A DNA stretch of 64,000 nucleotides, taken from contig JBEWZL010000215.1 in NCBI GenBank assembly GCA_045837725.1, forward strand, positions 186,001 through 250,000, in the 5' to 3' direction. The notes under the pieces were generated by a model. It made no database searches. It was given only the letters and a program-made list of their open reading frames with translations, and had not been told where the DNA came from. Each line of letters opens with the position of its first letter. Position 1 is the stretch's first letter. This DNA comes from Vermamoeba vermiformis. Lineage: Eukaryota. The translations under genes were made by a program, and so were the position numbers. Positions 23,146 through 37,177 of this stretch are shown here, one piece after another.

Positions 23146-24755
23146 ATGCAGTTGAAATATTTGATCTTGGTGTCTATTCTCGTGGCCTCGACCTTGGCCC
23201 AATTTGACAACCCAACTGTCAAGTTGCCTAAACTACGAGGATTGGATAAAATTGGCATTGGTTTTGATATTGTCAAGATGCAGCAATTGTGGTCCCCGAT
23301 CGAATTGACTTACATGGGCAAAACTATCACCAATCCCTATGACGATAATGATTATGAAATCCCTATGGAAATTGCATCCATTTCGACGCCTGATACGTTT
23401 ATTAACAAGACAACCAATGTAAGTTATAATAATTATTGCTCGCAGTCTTCAGGCGAGGCTATTTTTAATATTGTTGGTGCCACAATAACATTTATAATAT
23501 TGGTAATTATTAAATAATATTAATTGGCGTAAACTAGCGGATGGAATGGAATGTTCTCAAGTGTCAACGATAATTAAAAATATTATTGAACAGGTCTGGA
23601 ATACCGTCGAAGAATTTCAAACCACTAAGGGTCGTGCTACTGGTATTAGCTTGAACTTGGGCAATATCTTCGCGTTTACCAACACCCGCGAAACTCGTCA
23701 GATTAGGTATGGAAGTTGCTTCTTATGATGTATTTACCGCTAATTCATGTTACAAATGACGTAATCGTGTTTATACTAACCCGTTATGTGGTTTAGATAC
23801 ACCATGGACAATCGCAGCTACAGATACGGTGTGACCGAGCAAACTCACATTTTCTTTGAGGCCCAATTGTTCCCTCCTTTCTTGTTGAAGCTCTCCAGAA
23901 ATGCTAAGACCATGTTGGACAAGCTGCCTCGTTTCTCTGAGGCTACTAAGGCCCAGTAAGTCAGATGCGAAATTTTCCGCGGTATTAGCGCTTACTAACC
24001 TTTACCATTAAGATGGTTTCAGTTCTTCGATTACTTTGGCACACATTACGTCAAGTTTGCTCAATTTGGAGGTACTGTTCGCCGAGAGGAGTTGGCTAAC
24101 ATCGCCGAGTTCACCAGATTCGACGAGGATTATGTCAAGAAGCAATTCGGCATCTCTTTCTCGTAAGTCACGCTGCAGTACTCCTAGTTTGGAAGGAATT
24201 CAAGTTTACAGCGTTTGGAACGAATCCCTAATTTATTTCGTTGCAGATGGGGCACCACTCCCGCTTCAACTGCCCCTTGGACCCCGGGACCAATTAATGA
24301 CCCCACTGTCGGCGTGACTCAAGGCTGGCAAATCCCTACTAGAGTCGCTGTTACCCCTAGTGCTCGCGGTAAGATACATTTTGTGACACGTGTCAAACAT
24401 GTCACTCACGCGGACCTCCGTGTTATCAGGCAAGCGCTCTGTTGAAAAGGAGAACCTTCGTAGAGAGAAGCGTGAAGCGGAGCAATTCTCTTTCTCGTTC
24501 TATCAAATGCGTGAGGACTTGAAGCGTCAATTGGAGATCCGCTACACCGAGACCAGTGACGTTACCACTCGCTTGATTGGTGGTAACCCCACTCAATACT
24601 CGCCTGAGAACTGGCGCGACTGGGTTGAGAGCATCGTTGACAACCCCGTCATGATCTCTTACACTTTGGGCTCGATCGCTGACCTCATCCAAGATCCGAC
24701 CGTCCAAGCTGACATGACTCAAGCTATTGCTGCCAGAAATAGCATGCAACGTTAA
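23146..24755 (+). CDS. Secreted MACPF/perforin-like protein lacking C-terminal accessory domains
   Basis: Signal peptide, IGIGFDI, MACPF signature YFGTHYVKFAQFGG, LIGG...WRDWVESIVDNPVMI...IADLI; 6 exons. Confidence 0.9.
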
Positions 24756-24892
24756 GTGCTCCCTACCCTTAACGCTATTCGTGCATTTTTGTTCTTGCAG
24801 CTAGCCCTTTGTACTAGCTTTAATTGTCATAAATGTAGTTCTGATACTTGGAAATTTCGAGCCTTTTTTTTGTTAATTAATCGCTGTACAAC

Positions 24893-27800
24893 TTAGATTT
24901 TATTATTTACAGTTAGGTGCTGCATAATGAATTGCTGCTGACCTATAATTACACGATTCGTAATGAGCCACAACAACCTGTTCGGCAGATCGAGCAGCTG
25001 ATCTTCGTGTTTTTCGTTCAATTCGAAGTAATGCTGCACGACGTAGCCTAATATTTTATCTTGTAGCATGGCTGATTTGTGCTCCCAGACTATCTTCAGC
25101 ATCGACAAGCAGTTCTCCAAACATAACTCAGATAACACTACTCGTTGACAATGCTTAATTAATTTGTAATGGTCTTGCGAGGGCTTAGTCTCGGGCGATA
25201 AGCAGAAAAATGGCGCGTTGAGCAATATCGATAGGCAATCGTTGATGTTCTGAAGATGATTCAGATCCGACGTGTAGAGGTAGTACATTAAGCCTTGCAT
25301 AGCTGATACTGATATGCCTCCTTGCTCTTCATTAGGGATCGCTATTACGCCTAGTTATGTAATGAAATTAGAGCGAGAAAAAAAAAATTGATAAAATTTT
25401 GTAACGGCTTGGAGCTCGCTTACCTTTTCGAGATTCAATCATATCACTTAAGAAACATCGTCTAAAGAAGTCATTATGTAGAGCCAGGATCAATTTGTGC
25501 GCAGGAACGTAAGTAGATCCAACCTTGATCTCGCAGTCCTTGGTTTCTTCGCGCATCGAAAACAAATGCTTCAGCTTTTTGATTTTCAGATCTGCCAATG
25601 AGCTGCTTAATTTGAATGAACTAGGGCCTCCTATCTCCAAGTATTTGGTCCATCGAGCTTTCAGATCCGCTGATAAGTTGTTTTGGATCAGCTTGTTCAA
25701 TTCATCACCATATCGTGTCTTATTCTTTTTGATGAAGTCGAACAACATATCCACATGCTCTTCGCTTTTTTCGAGTAATTTCAGCAGTGTCCAAACATTT
25801 TCCATCGTGAGCATTGAATACAGCACGAGATTGCACTTTTTGACCAATGTTTTGAACGAGACCGTTTGTGCCACTTGTAGTAATTCCGCTAATTCTTCAA
25901 TAGAAGTCGCATTAAAGTCCATAAAGTGGACGAACTGGTTCAACAAGTTGATGGTACTTGACTTGGTTCCAATCAACTTTGACAAGTTTTCCTTTTTCAG
26001 TAACTTGGGGCAATTCAATTTGACCAATGGCGAGTACCATTTTTCGCCCAAAAAGTCCAAGTCACATAAACTGCGACATTGCCTCCATTCATCCAACACG
26101 GCATCGAGCACCTTACTCTCGGCTGTACAATTGTTAGAATTACCCTTGAAGAATATAGGACGTACTTTTCTCGTTCACTTTGGCCCCGTGCAATGCGATA
26201 GTGTGAAATCCTCCAAGAGCTGCTTGAATGATCGTTTTTTCATCGCTCAATTGCCGCAAGACTTGAGGTGTTTGTTGGTCGGTCGTGTGATTCAGACCAA
26301 GACTGCCGTTGTTGTTCAAACCCCACACGAACACTTCGCCTTCCTCTGTAGAGTATACTTATTAGCATGGACTGAACGGCAAATCAGCGGCACTTACTCG
26401 ACACAGCACACGAGTGATGACCTCCGGCGGCGACAAAAACAACGTTGGTTTTCAACGGTAATAGTTGTGGCGTGGTTTTGTGGTTAGGTGAGCCCAGTCC
26501 TAGCTCTCCGTTGAGACTGCGACCCCATACATAGACTTCACCGCATTCTACGAAAATGGTCAGCAAATGACTGGATCCAAGGGGTGACACTTACCTAATA
26601 AGGCAATAGAATGAACTGAACCGCATACAAAGTTCTTTATGCCCTTGCCTTCAAGCGTAGAAATCAAATGCGGTGTGAGATATTCCGCTGTGTCACCGAC
26701 ACCAAGTTGACCAAAGTTGTTTCCACCCCATGAATACAACTCATCGTGCTCTGTTCGATATTATTAGTACTACAAATCACACGCAAATAATAAATGTACC
26801 TGTCAATGCCAGCGTGTGGTATTCACCGGCTGCTACTTTGACGATTGGATTATTGGAGAAAAATGTAACAAGTTGCGGAGACAGTTCGTTGTTGCGATGA
26901 CCGATGCCGAGTTGACCTTGGTTATTCTGACCCCAAGTATACAACTCACCCGAGTCTATAATAAATTGCCGCTTTTAGTAAGTGAACAAACGGCACCGAT
27001 ATTTAATGTGATCCGATTAATTAGAAGGAACCGTTCCGATAAATTAAAACGTTAAAACACTTTACCTAAGATCACTAGCGAATGTAGTTTGCCTGCAGCA
27101 ATTGATTTGATTTTTTTGCCTTCGAAGAACGTGATCTGTCGCGGTGTCGATTGATCGTTTGTATGGCCGAGTCCAAGAGCTCCTCGTTCGTTATAACCCC
27201 ATGCATATAACTTTCCTGACTCTAATAATGAACATGATGAGTAAGGGACGATACCGATGACACACGGAAGATTGGATAAATTGCGAGATTACGAGGAGAT
27301 TCAATCATGCGATTAATTAATAAGCCCAGCAAAGAAATAAATTCTTAAGTAATGTACTGGATATTATGTGTCGAATGTCGTATTAGTAATTACGCCGATA
27401 GATACGCTTGCTGGATCTGAACTTACCCGTTAAAGCCAATGAATGATAACCTCCTGTAGCTACTTGATGCACCTTCTTGCCCGAAAAGAAAGGTACTAAT
27501 TGAGGCGTTAATTGATAGCTGCCTGTGATACCTAGCTCGCCATTAGCGTTTGTTCCCCACGCATACAGATCTCCACTTTCTATAAAAGGAAAAACAATCA
27601 GTGTGCGTTTAATGTAAAGAAAAGTATGTGGAATATCAAAGAATTATTACAAAATAAAGCAATGTAATTATGATGATATCTAGATATTTACCTGTAAGAG
27701 CGAGGGAGTGGTATTCGCCTGCATCTATTTTTTTCAGCTTTTTGTCATTAAAAAATCCTACTATTTGCGGAGTCAGGCGATTAATCGTGTCGCCTGTGCC

Positions 27801-28030
27801 TAATTGGCCAAATTTATTGTATCCCCAAGCGTATAGCTCGTTCACTAGTAAGGCAGTATTAATAAATAATTTTTTATCAATAAAAAATGGCGTAGAGCGA
27901 TGAAATATAAGATATTATGATTTTATAATATAATGTATCCATTTGATCTAATTTTTGACACGCAAATATTTCAGATCAATTCGCGCGCGCTTTAATGTTC
28001 CGTACCTGATTTTGGCGATTCCTTACTCAT
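24893..28030 (-). CDS. RCC1-repeat / double BTB-domain protein
   Basis: Repeated YAWGxNxxGQLG...AGxxHSLAL RCC1 units, roughly one per exon; BTB DCEIKV..VPAHKLILALHNDFF..F..MIES. Confidence 0.9.
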
Positions 28031-28365
28031 CGGAATTTGTTCATGGTAATTAATATGCTCCTGTTGTGTATTTTAAGACAGTATACAAAATAATTAAGAA
28101 AAGAGTTCGCTGGAAGGAACTTTTTGTCAGCACGTGACATCCGCCTGGGATCGCTCCACGAACTCGTCACCGTGTCTTATAAATACAAGTTTGCCAGTAT
28201 TCCATTCTACTGCAATCATCTTTTTACGCAGAGGTTTCACTTCGAAGATCGTTCTACGATCCTGACTAAGACACGTTTGGATCCCACTTCCCGGGAGGAG
28301 ATTATGCAAACGGTTTATTATGCGAGTTCTGACATACAGTTTTAGCCTTTATCTAACCAGCTGGC

Positions 28366-30235
28366 TTATTTTTCCGCCTTCTGCTTGGAGCGCTTCTTTG
28401 GTGGCTCTCCCAGGCTAATAATTTCTATCACGCATTCAATTTCAGCAGCTTTTCGCTTTTTATCGGATTTTTTTGCGACTTTCTCGTTCTTTGACTCGGG
28501 TGATTCCGTTTCTTTCCATTTCTTTAGTCCACAAAGTTTTTTACCGAGGTCTGTTAGCTCAGGAGCTGAAACATCACAGTGTTAATATAGCATTCAATAC
28601 AGTTGTTGTAATAGGTCTTAATGTCGGAATCTTACGCGTGTAAGCAGGCTTCAAAGGTGGAACAAAGTTCTTTCGGACCCACCGAGGCTTATTATAGCCA
28701 TGTCCTACTATTCCCATGCTATTAACTCGTTCACCAGACTTGAAACTATCCGTTCGAACTCTATTTTTGGTATTAGAAAAATGTTAGGAGAAGTTGCGAT
28801 GAGATCGCATCCGGTCATCTTACTTTACGTGCTCCTTGTTGTCCTCTTTATTAGGCCACATCGTAATATATTGAACGATCCTAGGCGACGAGCTGTGATT
28901 AGGGAAGTTGCCCTGTAAACAAATGTCAGTACTGAGCTAAAAATACTTCGTGACAAGTACGTGTGACACGCGCGAATCCCATATCAACAGCGAGCCAGCT
29001 CTCAGCGGGATCTTTTGAATATGTTTTTGTTGAATATCATCAGAAGGTATTCTGCAAGACTGTGAGTCTTTGCAATTGTTTTTAAACAATTCTAACGTAC
29101 GATACTAAGTGGCTGGTAGGCGGGATCGAGCTCTTGTTCTTAACGCCCCATTCTTTGAAGTGCTTGTGGCTGCCTGGTACTGCTTGAAAACCACCGTCTT
29201 CGAGTCTATTATCCTTAAGGTTGAGAATGCCCTGTACGCGACAAAACTCCGGATCCAACAGGGGATCTGTAATAAAACGCGTAAGACTAACAGCAGTCAT
29301 GAAATGACATGATTATTACTTTGATCCAAATGCAAGAAAGTCTCAGTCGTGCGCCATGCCGATCTATTGCATTTCTTGCCATTAATCTTGAGGTTTACTG
29401 TCGGGCGCATAAATCCAAATCTATCGAAGCTAAACAGGTCTTTCGTTAGAATCATAATTATAAAACTGCAGATCCAAATTGAACGTTTAATTTTCGGCGG
29501 ATCTTTTTTGATTGCGCTCAAAAAAGTTATTTCAATTTTTGTGTGGCACGCTCGTACAACGTACCTAACCCAAAGATCTTCTCGCTCCCATACTATAGAG
29601 AAAGCTTTATGGACGTTAGCGTTTTGGCGATTATCCCAACCTAGATCAAGCCGAATTAGAGACCGCGGAAATTATTTAGCCAACTAAGCCTCCAGCGTGG
29701 CAAACCTTACCCTCTTTCAAATGAAAGATCGGAAAATCACTAAAGAAACCAAATCTAATGGCGTGAAAGCGTGAGAAAAGGTACGAAAAAATCGGTCGAA
29801 TTATTGTTACTTCATATCTGACGGCCAAAGCTTGTTCTCCCAAGTAGAATAATCGTCTCGGTCGAACGTTGCTCGAGTATCCTTCAGATATTTATATAGC
29901 GCCTCGATTGTGGCTAAACAAAGGTAAATAATCCAATTATTTTATTCAAATCCAAAACTTTTTCTTACCATTCTGCTCCTCTTTCGATAATACATCTTTA
30001 AATACTACGATGCCATATTTTTTGAAAAATTCTAACGCCTCTTTGCTCTCTTGGGTTGAAAAGGCAGTTGCAAAACCTAGGAGAGCGGTCGATCAAATCT
30101 GGATTGCTAATAACAATACCAACCTTGTTCATCAAGCGGTAGTTTAAGAAATTCGGCTACGTAAATTTAATCAGCAAATTATTTGGTTGATTTTAAACCC
30201 TTACGATCGGATTTACCAGTACTTATTTCAGCCAT
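28366..30235 (-). CDS. Phytanoyl-CoA dioxygenase (PhyH)-family 2OG-Fe(II) oxygenase
   Basis: EFFKKYGIVVF, FDRFGFMRP, FLHLDQ (HxD), RVQGILNL..GGFQAVPGSH, IPLRAGSLLIWDSR; basic C-terminus. Confidence 0.85.
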
Positions 30236-30902
30236 TCGTTGCTTTCTGATTATTCAGCAAATAATAATACATCCTCATATTTTTGTCAAACCTGCTCATT
30301 AGGTGACGTTCATTGTCGAACTAGTTACAAACTTTTCTGAAAATGGCGTTAAAATCCGGGAACCAATCCGATCCGATCGCTCGTTGAAATTGCACCAAGA
30401 CAAGGAAGGAAGCTTCCCGTGGCTTTAATTAAAGAACGGCAAGGTTTTATTCAACAAACACAATCGTAAAACGCCGCGAATTATGTTTGTCTCGATGCTA
30501 TTCGGAGGATTAAACCGAAACTTGAGTCACTTACCTGAAAATTAGCAAAAAAACCTAATTCTACGGGCCTCTTTATTCCTAAAATCAAGTCTGACGCTCG
30601 AAATTGATTATACCCACGATTGTACCACGGTTTAATTTCTAATCGAGTTTTTTGACGGTAGGATCCAGAGCACGTTCCGATTGTCGATGGTATATGGGCA
30701 AGGTCCGCGAGGCAAATCTGGTAATTAAACGCTAGATTTCCGTTGAGTTTCTATTTCGGGCATCGATTCACACAAAATGCACGTTTTTTTAATTCTAAAT
30801 TTCCCGAGCGTGCACGGATCTGCGATACTATCTCTGTGCGCGTGCAATAAGAAAAACAGTCAAGGCGTAACAACATGTTATTTTTATATTTTTTTTCGAA
30901 TT

Positions 30903-33287
30903 ATGAGCAGCGCAAAGCCGGGCAAAGTAGATGAGATCCAAGAAGCGAGCAAAAGCAGCACTGAAGAACATGCATCTAAGAGACAAAAGGCTGTAGATGT
31001 TAATGCAACAGATGCTCGGTCTCAAAATTGGACTCAATATAGTGATAGCCCACACCATTACGGGCCACCGGACACTACCCGCCAAACTGGCAACACTAAC
31101 CTGGATGGAACTTACGCCAGAGAGAAGGTAAAAATACGTTATTATGCAGCACGTTTATACCCTATCAAATCATGTTTGCTCGTGCATTTGGCCACGTAAA
31201 AACGTGTTGCTTTATTATTTTAGGGTATTCAATAATTATTTGCATACAATCAAGCCGACTAGCGCTTAGCTTGCAGCGGCAAACATTTTAATTAAATTTT
31301 ATTTTCAACGCCCACGAGGCCTATTTATTTATATTTCATAAATTTGATCTGGTGCAATAACAAGCGGACCGGCCGCGGAAGCAGATCTGAAACGTTTTTG
31401 CAGCCCAACATACGTCCCAGCTCAACCGACGTACGGGGGAATACGCTAATTTTGTTAAAAATCTCCATTTATCAAACTTTTTCTGTGTTTTTTTTTGTGG
31501 TTTTGTGTCGATCGACTAACTTTCATGAAATTCTCATAGGCGCCATCCTATACGGATCCAATGATGGTGTACTCCAATATTCTTCCGCCTCACATCGACC
31601 CTCGCATCCTCATTACGGGCAGCACGAACAATCAATTGAACATGACGACATCCAGCAGTTTTCAGATCCGTAAGTTCACGCTTATACCAACCTCACGCTT
31701 GCAAATTGATGGCCCAGCGTTATGGGTGTTTTCCGAGCGTTTGTTATCCATACACGCGTAATTATACACAAATTGTCGCGCTCTGCCAGAAAAGATTAAA
31801 AAACACTTTATTGAGGCAAAACACAAAATTTCACGTTTTTAAAAAAAAGAAATCGGCAGCTATTTCAGTGAAGAGAGAAAATTTAAATCAATTTTATGCC
31901 ATCACTTGACTGATTACAACAACAAAACATTAATGTCTATCTTTTAATTTGTCATGTATTGTTTCACCCGGATTGAGACAACAACCACGACGACAACTAT
32001 AACAATCACTAATCAAACGATAATAACAGAGAACAATACACCCCAGCCCTCAATGGCATACCCCGTTACCATGGAACCGTACAGCACTTATGCGTTTCCG
32101 GTCATGATCGACCAACGCTTCAACGCTACCCGCGATCCGACACGACCAGATCCAATGCCCTCGCCCTTCACTAACCCAGCCCAACCAAATAATACCGCCA
32201 ACGTATTCCCACCTCCATATTTACCGCAGAAAGGGCCCTTGCAAGATGTCGATCGAAGCACGAGTGACATTTTTGGCAACAAGCGGAACCAGCTCCGTGC
32301 GGAATTCTTAGCTCGCTCGAATGCTACTGATGCGGGTTCCAGTGAGCCGAATACTTCTGATCGTCCTGATTCCGCAAACACAAATTCGTCAAATCCGGAA
32401 TCCGGTAATGATCTGGAAGACGAAGAGGACGAGCTAACGGGTTAGTGGCATTATAATAATTTTTCTTTGAATTTTGTTATTTATTTGATCTTTTTTCAGG
32501 CAAGCGAAGGCCGATTTTAAAATCAAACGAAGATCGACGCGTACACCATAAATTGGTCGAACAAGAACGAAGGAAAACAATGAACAAATATATTAATAGG
32601 CTTAGAGAGCTTATGGACATACCCGCACCGACAAAAGGTAACGTCAAATTCTACGCAAGTTTGTGTTTGGGAAAATTCTCCCGATCTCATTTCATAAAAT
32701 CGATTTAGATTGATCACCAAATTAGTATTAACAAATTGAAATATAGGTCGTGGATTGAAAAAGAGTATTGTGTTAGAAAAGGCATGCGAATATGTAGATA
32801 AGATACACGATTACGTCGCGACGTTATATAACGCCAACCAGGTACGTTAAATGATTAAATTTGAATTTGACGTGGAAATGTCGAGATTAATCTTTGCATT
32901 AATTTACAGCAATTAATGAACGCGCTGAATATGCGAGGAGTAACACCACAAATGATGGCGCAACTAAATATTCCATTTGTGCCTCCACCCCCATCACACA
33001 TTTACCCGCCGAGCAATTATAGAGCACCACAATACGTCAATTCAGCGCCGATGAATCAACGAGTGGATCCGCACACTGTTCGAGGACCGATGCCGTACCC
33101 ACCGTACTTTAAGCCAGAAATGCACGGCCAACACATTGAAGGACCGTTCCCGCCACACCATTTAGACAACCCTTTAATTAACAACAATACCGCGCCAAAC
33201 CCATTCAACGCCAACTTAAATCCACAACAGCCGCCAAATCCAAACAGTTTCAATAGTTCGTTTTCTGAAAAACATACAGAACCCTGA
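30903..33287 (+). CDS. bHLH(-ZIP) transcription factor
   Basis: RRVHHKLVEQERRKTMNKYINRLRELM...LKKSIVLEKACEYVDKI with P/N-rich flanks; internal exon structure partly uncertain. Confidence 0.85.
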
Positions 33288-34019
33288 AATTGTTATTATT
33301 TATTGCAACGGTTAGTTGTGTGCGAAAACCCTCCATGTAATTAGTTTTGAATGTATAATAAAGCGATTTTTTTGATATTAAACGAACGAGATCTCTTGTG
33401 TGTCAGGATCTAAATCCTTTTTTGGAAATTTAATAAAGGGACGCACTCCAGGAATAGACGCGTGCAAATTACAGTGGAGCAGCTAGATTTCAGTAAATAA
33501 GAATAACTTCCGTCGGTTGAATAGCCAATAGGCGTGCCAAGCTTAGATCTGCAACACAAAATCTCAACTCCGAGTGGGCTAATAAATCCCCGAGCCTTTG
33601 CATTTGTGTTTCTGAAAAGAGCTGGATCTACTTTCGCGTGGCTTATTTTATTTTTAAAAAACACCTTTGTTTGGTCCAGCAAACATAAAATTAGCTGTGC
33701 TTTCGGACTTCTTTCCGGTGTTAATATCAACGTCACCCTGATGGATGACTAAACTCAAGTATTTGCTATTTACGAGTTCTGTGTCTTCCAACCTTCAATT
33801 TTTAGATCCACAACTTGTCAATTTGAGAGACAGACACGATCCACGTTAACTTTAATGCTTTGGCGACCAACGGATTATAAATTTGCATCGCAAGTCAGTA
33901 TAGAGTCAATTGAGGTCTATTCAACGCTGCGTGTTCGTTCGGGATCGAATTTCTCGTGTTAATAAAAAACCCCAAAATTAACTTCTCATTTCTGAGATAC
34001 ACCACAATTTAATGTTATT

Positions 34020-35940
34020 ATGGAAAAAGGACTATCAAAGAGCCGTAATGACGTTAAAAAGAGTCCTTTGCCGAGCAGTGACGCACTAGATGTATGGTCT
34101 TTTCTGCCGCATGAAGTCGTGCGCTTAGTCTTCACTAAACTCAACGCCGAGTCATTATTCAACACCACGTTCGTGTGTAAATCATGGTCCCAAGTTGCTA
34201 GAGACAAAAAGCTCATCAGGGTAAATTTTGCAAATTAATGATAAATATTTAAATAAAATTAAATAAAATATTTCGTGATCATAGGTAGCTTATAAGAACA
34301 GCAAAGAGTTCGAAGACGTGTTATTCAAGCTTAAATTAAAATTATCGCCCAAGAAGTTCAAAGCACTGAAAAAGAATCAGAAATTATTGAAATTCCTCAA
34401 GGTACAAAAGCAACAAATATAACAATAGCTAATTTATTATAAGGTCTATCATGAGCACTCATTCCGCATGTTAAAATTTCTCTCGAATAACTTTGCACAC
34501 GAAGCCGGATTTGTAAACGAAGATGCGCTGCGAGCTCTGATTTATATCTCATGGTTTTCGGGTACTATAGTAGATGTTATTAAGGACCTTATTGAGGAAG
34601 CGATGGTCCAATTAAGTACGATATTACGAAATTGACTAAGAAATTTACTGATCTCATTTTGCCGTACAGAGAACTACGTAACTGAAGGAAACGCGCCAAG
34701 AGGTGAATAAAATAAAATAAAATAATATTTATGGCATTTAATCATATTAATATAGATGCAGGCAACTCACTGGCTTCAGATGCGAGATTTTTCATTTTGA
34801 AGCGGAACTCGCTGGAGAACTTGACAATAATATTTTATCAACGAATGATCGCGCATGATTTGACCGAACACGTATTATCATCACATATAGAGGCTATAAT
34901 GAACGAATATGATAACGTCAGTCTAATGGTAAGTCAAAATTTTCTTCGATCGCGAAAGTCAGATCCACTCATTGGCGTTGACTGACGTAAATACTATTAT
35001 AGAAAGAAGAAGGTGTTAAAAATATGTTGCCTTTGTTAGACTCGCTCTTTAACTCGATCGTACAATCGGGTCCGTTGTTCCCACAGTAAGTCATCATAAA
35101 AAATATCTGCAATAATGACCGCGCATGAACCAACAATTGTGAATTAATAGGGAATTGTCGGATATATACGCATTCTATGAAGATAGGATTCAAAAGTTGA
35201 CAGTAGACAAAGAAAAAATTAAACGAGGACTATTGACTTCACGATTATTAATTCTACGGCTATTTGTGCCTTCAATAGTTAATATGGCTAAATCTAAAGG
35301 TATATTTGCAGCAAAAGAAATACTTGCAAAGCTATAATCGGAATACTAACAAATTTTTTCCAAGGTACCGAGCTGGATCGATTAAGTTTGTTCGCACAAA
35401 TAGCAAATGTATTAAATGGTACTATAATCCATATTATATATAATTATAGTAATATATTAACGATATTTGTAAGGCATTTCTGTGATGGCTACGGACGAGT
35501 CGAATACTTCGGACGAAAAACTGAGATCCGTTCTCATTCAATCATTTTGCAAAGAACGCGTGCCCTTAATGTCACAATTCTTAGATCATATAATGGTATG
35601 ATATACTAGTATTATTAACTTGATCAGTAACAAAGATATTTTGGATCGGATCGTGAAAATTTGCATTGACACGTGTTTGACTTGACAGAATTCGCAACGA
35701 GAAAGAGACACGGAGATCATATCGGAGCCAGATCCGAAAGAATTCATCGAACAAGCGACACTCGTGTTTGACATGTGGGACAGTTCGAAAAGCAAGTTAG
35801 AAACGGCGTTGAAAGTCATGTACAAAGACGTAAGTGTACAGACCCAACAAAACAATGCAATTCTATATTCTAATAATATTATTTGCGACCAGATCTACGA
35901 TGAATACAAACTACTCGACGCAGGCAAATTAGAAGTGTAA
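34020..35940 (+). CDS. F-box protein with a helical C-terminal region, about 11 exons
   Basis: WSFLPHEVVRLVFTKLNAESLFNTTFVCKSWSQVARD F-box; regular short GT-AG introns; TAA at 35938-35940. Confidence 0.75.
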
Positions 35941-36254
35941 TGTTAGATAAAAACAAGCTAACATAGAAGGTCGTTCATCCTATTATTGGCACTCATATGT
36001 TGATTAACTCAATGGCATTCACAATTGGTACGACCGAAATTTTGGAGATCTTACTCTTCGGGTAGTGGCACTTGGTACCCGAGGTATAATGAAGGGTTCT
36101 CGGTCTAATACTCTTATCATCATTGAAGAATTGTTGACTATTAGAGTATTAGGAGTGAACAAAATGGGGATTGACATTGACGCGGATCGAAAAAAGAAAT
36201 GTCCCTTTGGCTTATCCAAAAATCAATAATATTTATTCATTACATCATACACGT

Positions 36255-36659
36255 TCACTCGTCCTTTGAAGGTTTATTCGTGTTTCTGCGTTTTTCTGTT
36301 CGGGACGTATTTATTATTTTATAATTTGGATGTGCGAAACTGCATTGCTGCCTTTTACAAGCACTGCCAAATCGACACTCTTTGACTTTGACTTCATTCT
36401 TTGACTGCTGTTCTTCAATGAATCTCGCGCGGTCTTTTTTTATTTCGTCTTTAGCGGATTTGACATCAGCTTTATTCTTACCCTTTAAAATTATAGGAGT
36501 ATTGTCTCCCTCGATATCTTTTGATACCCGGATGGAGACATCCAAATGACGGCCTTGCAAAAGTTTAATATTTTTGCCTCCGCTTCCAATGAATCTTCCT
36601 AAAAGGTCGGTAGGAAATAATACTCGGTCTTCTACGAGTTGATCGGTCGTTACTTGCAT
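36255..36659 (-). CDS. Small KH-domain + CCCH zinc-finger RNA-binding protein
   Basis: KH GxxG loop LGRFIGSGGKNIK; finger CRFGSACKRQQCSFAHP; 3' end may splice further. Confidence 0.8.
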   Translation of the reverse strand: MQVTTDQLVEDRVLFPTDLLGRFIGSGGKNIKLLQGRHLDVSIRVSKDIEGDNTPIILKGKNKADVKSAKDEIKKDRARFIEEQQSKNEVKVKECRFGSACKRQQCSFAHPNYKIINTSRTEKRRNTNKPSKDE

Positions 36660-37177
36660 TCTAGCGAGGTGTGGTAATTGGGTTTGGTAAATAAAGTGGC
36701 AATTCTTCTTTCCGTTTTGTTGTTTCGTCATTTCGGCGTAACATTACAGTGCTTGCAATGCTTTAATTATTACTATTAATCATATTAAGTTATTGATAAG
36801 CCGAGCATTTGATCGCTCTCTCAATATTATCGCTCGATCTAGATTGTTTTTACGATTTTATTTAGTGCATTTTCGGGTGGCATATCGTTTTCGTGAGATA
36901 CTTCGTATGATGTGTTTAATTTAGCGAAATAGAGAAATTTTTGGGAATAGAAGCCTAAAAAAGTATCACCCAGACTTTCAGACCCCTCAATTTCTTGCGA
37001 TCCAGGTTTGGGGGCTGCCTTACCTTCTGAACAATTTCCAACAAAGGTATATTTAAATAAAATCTCAGCCTAAATATCTTCTATTGCGTTTCACGTTTCG
37101 AACCAAGTCAAAAACCAGATTTCTGAACTGGCTTTCATTTTTCGCTTTGTTCTCAAAGTATCACACACAATACTACA

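Noticed and set aside
25525-26487. 320-aa plus-strand ORF and other long antisense ORFs (e.g. 52723-53262, 59577-60077)
   Set aside because: Shadows of real genes on the opposite strand with no recognisable motifs
27234-27420. ATGATGA...CTGA C/D-box-like pair in an RCC1 intron
   Set aside because: Antisense to the host gene, too long, and no guide or terminal stem recognised
28127-28309. 60-aa ORF between the PhyH-like and RCC1 genes
   Set aside because: No motif or splice support; may be UTR/promoter sequence
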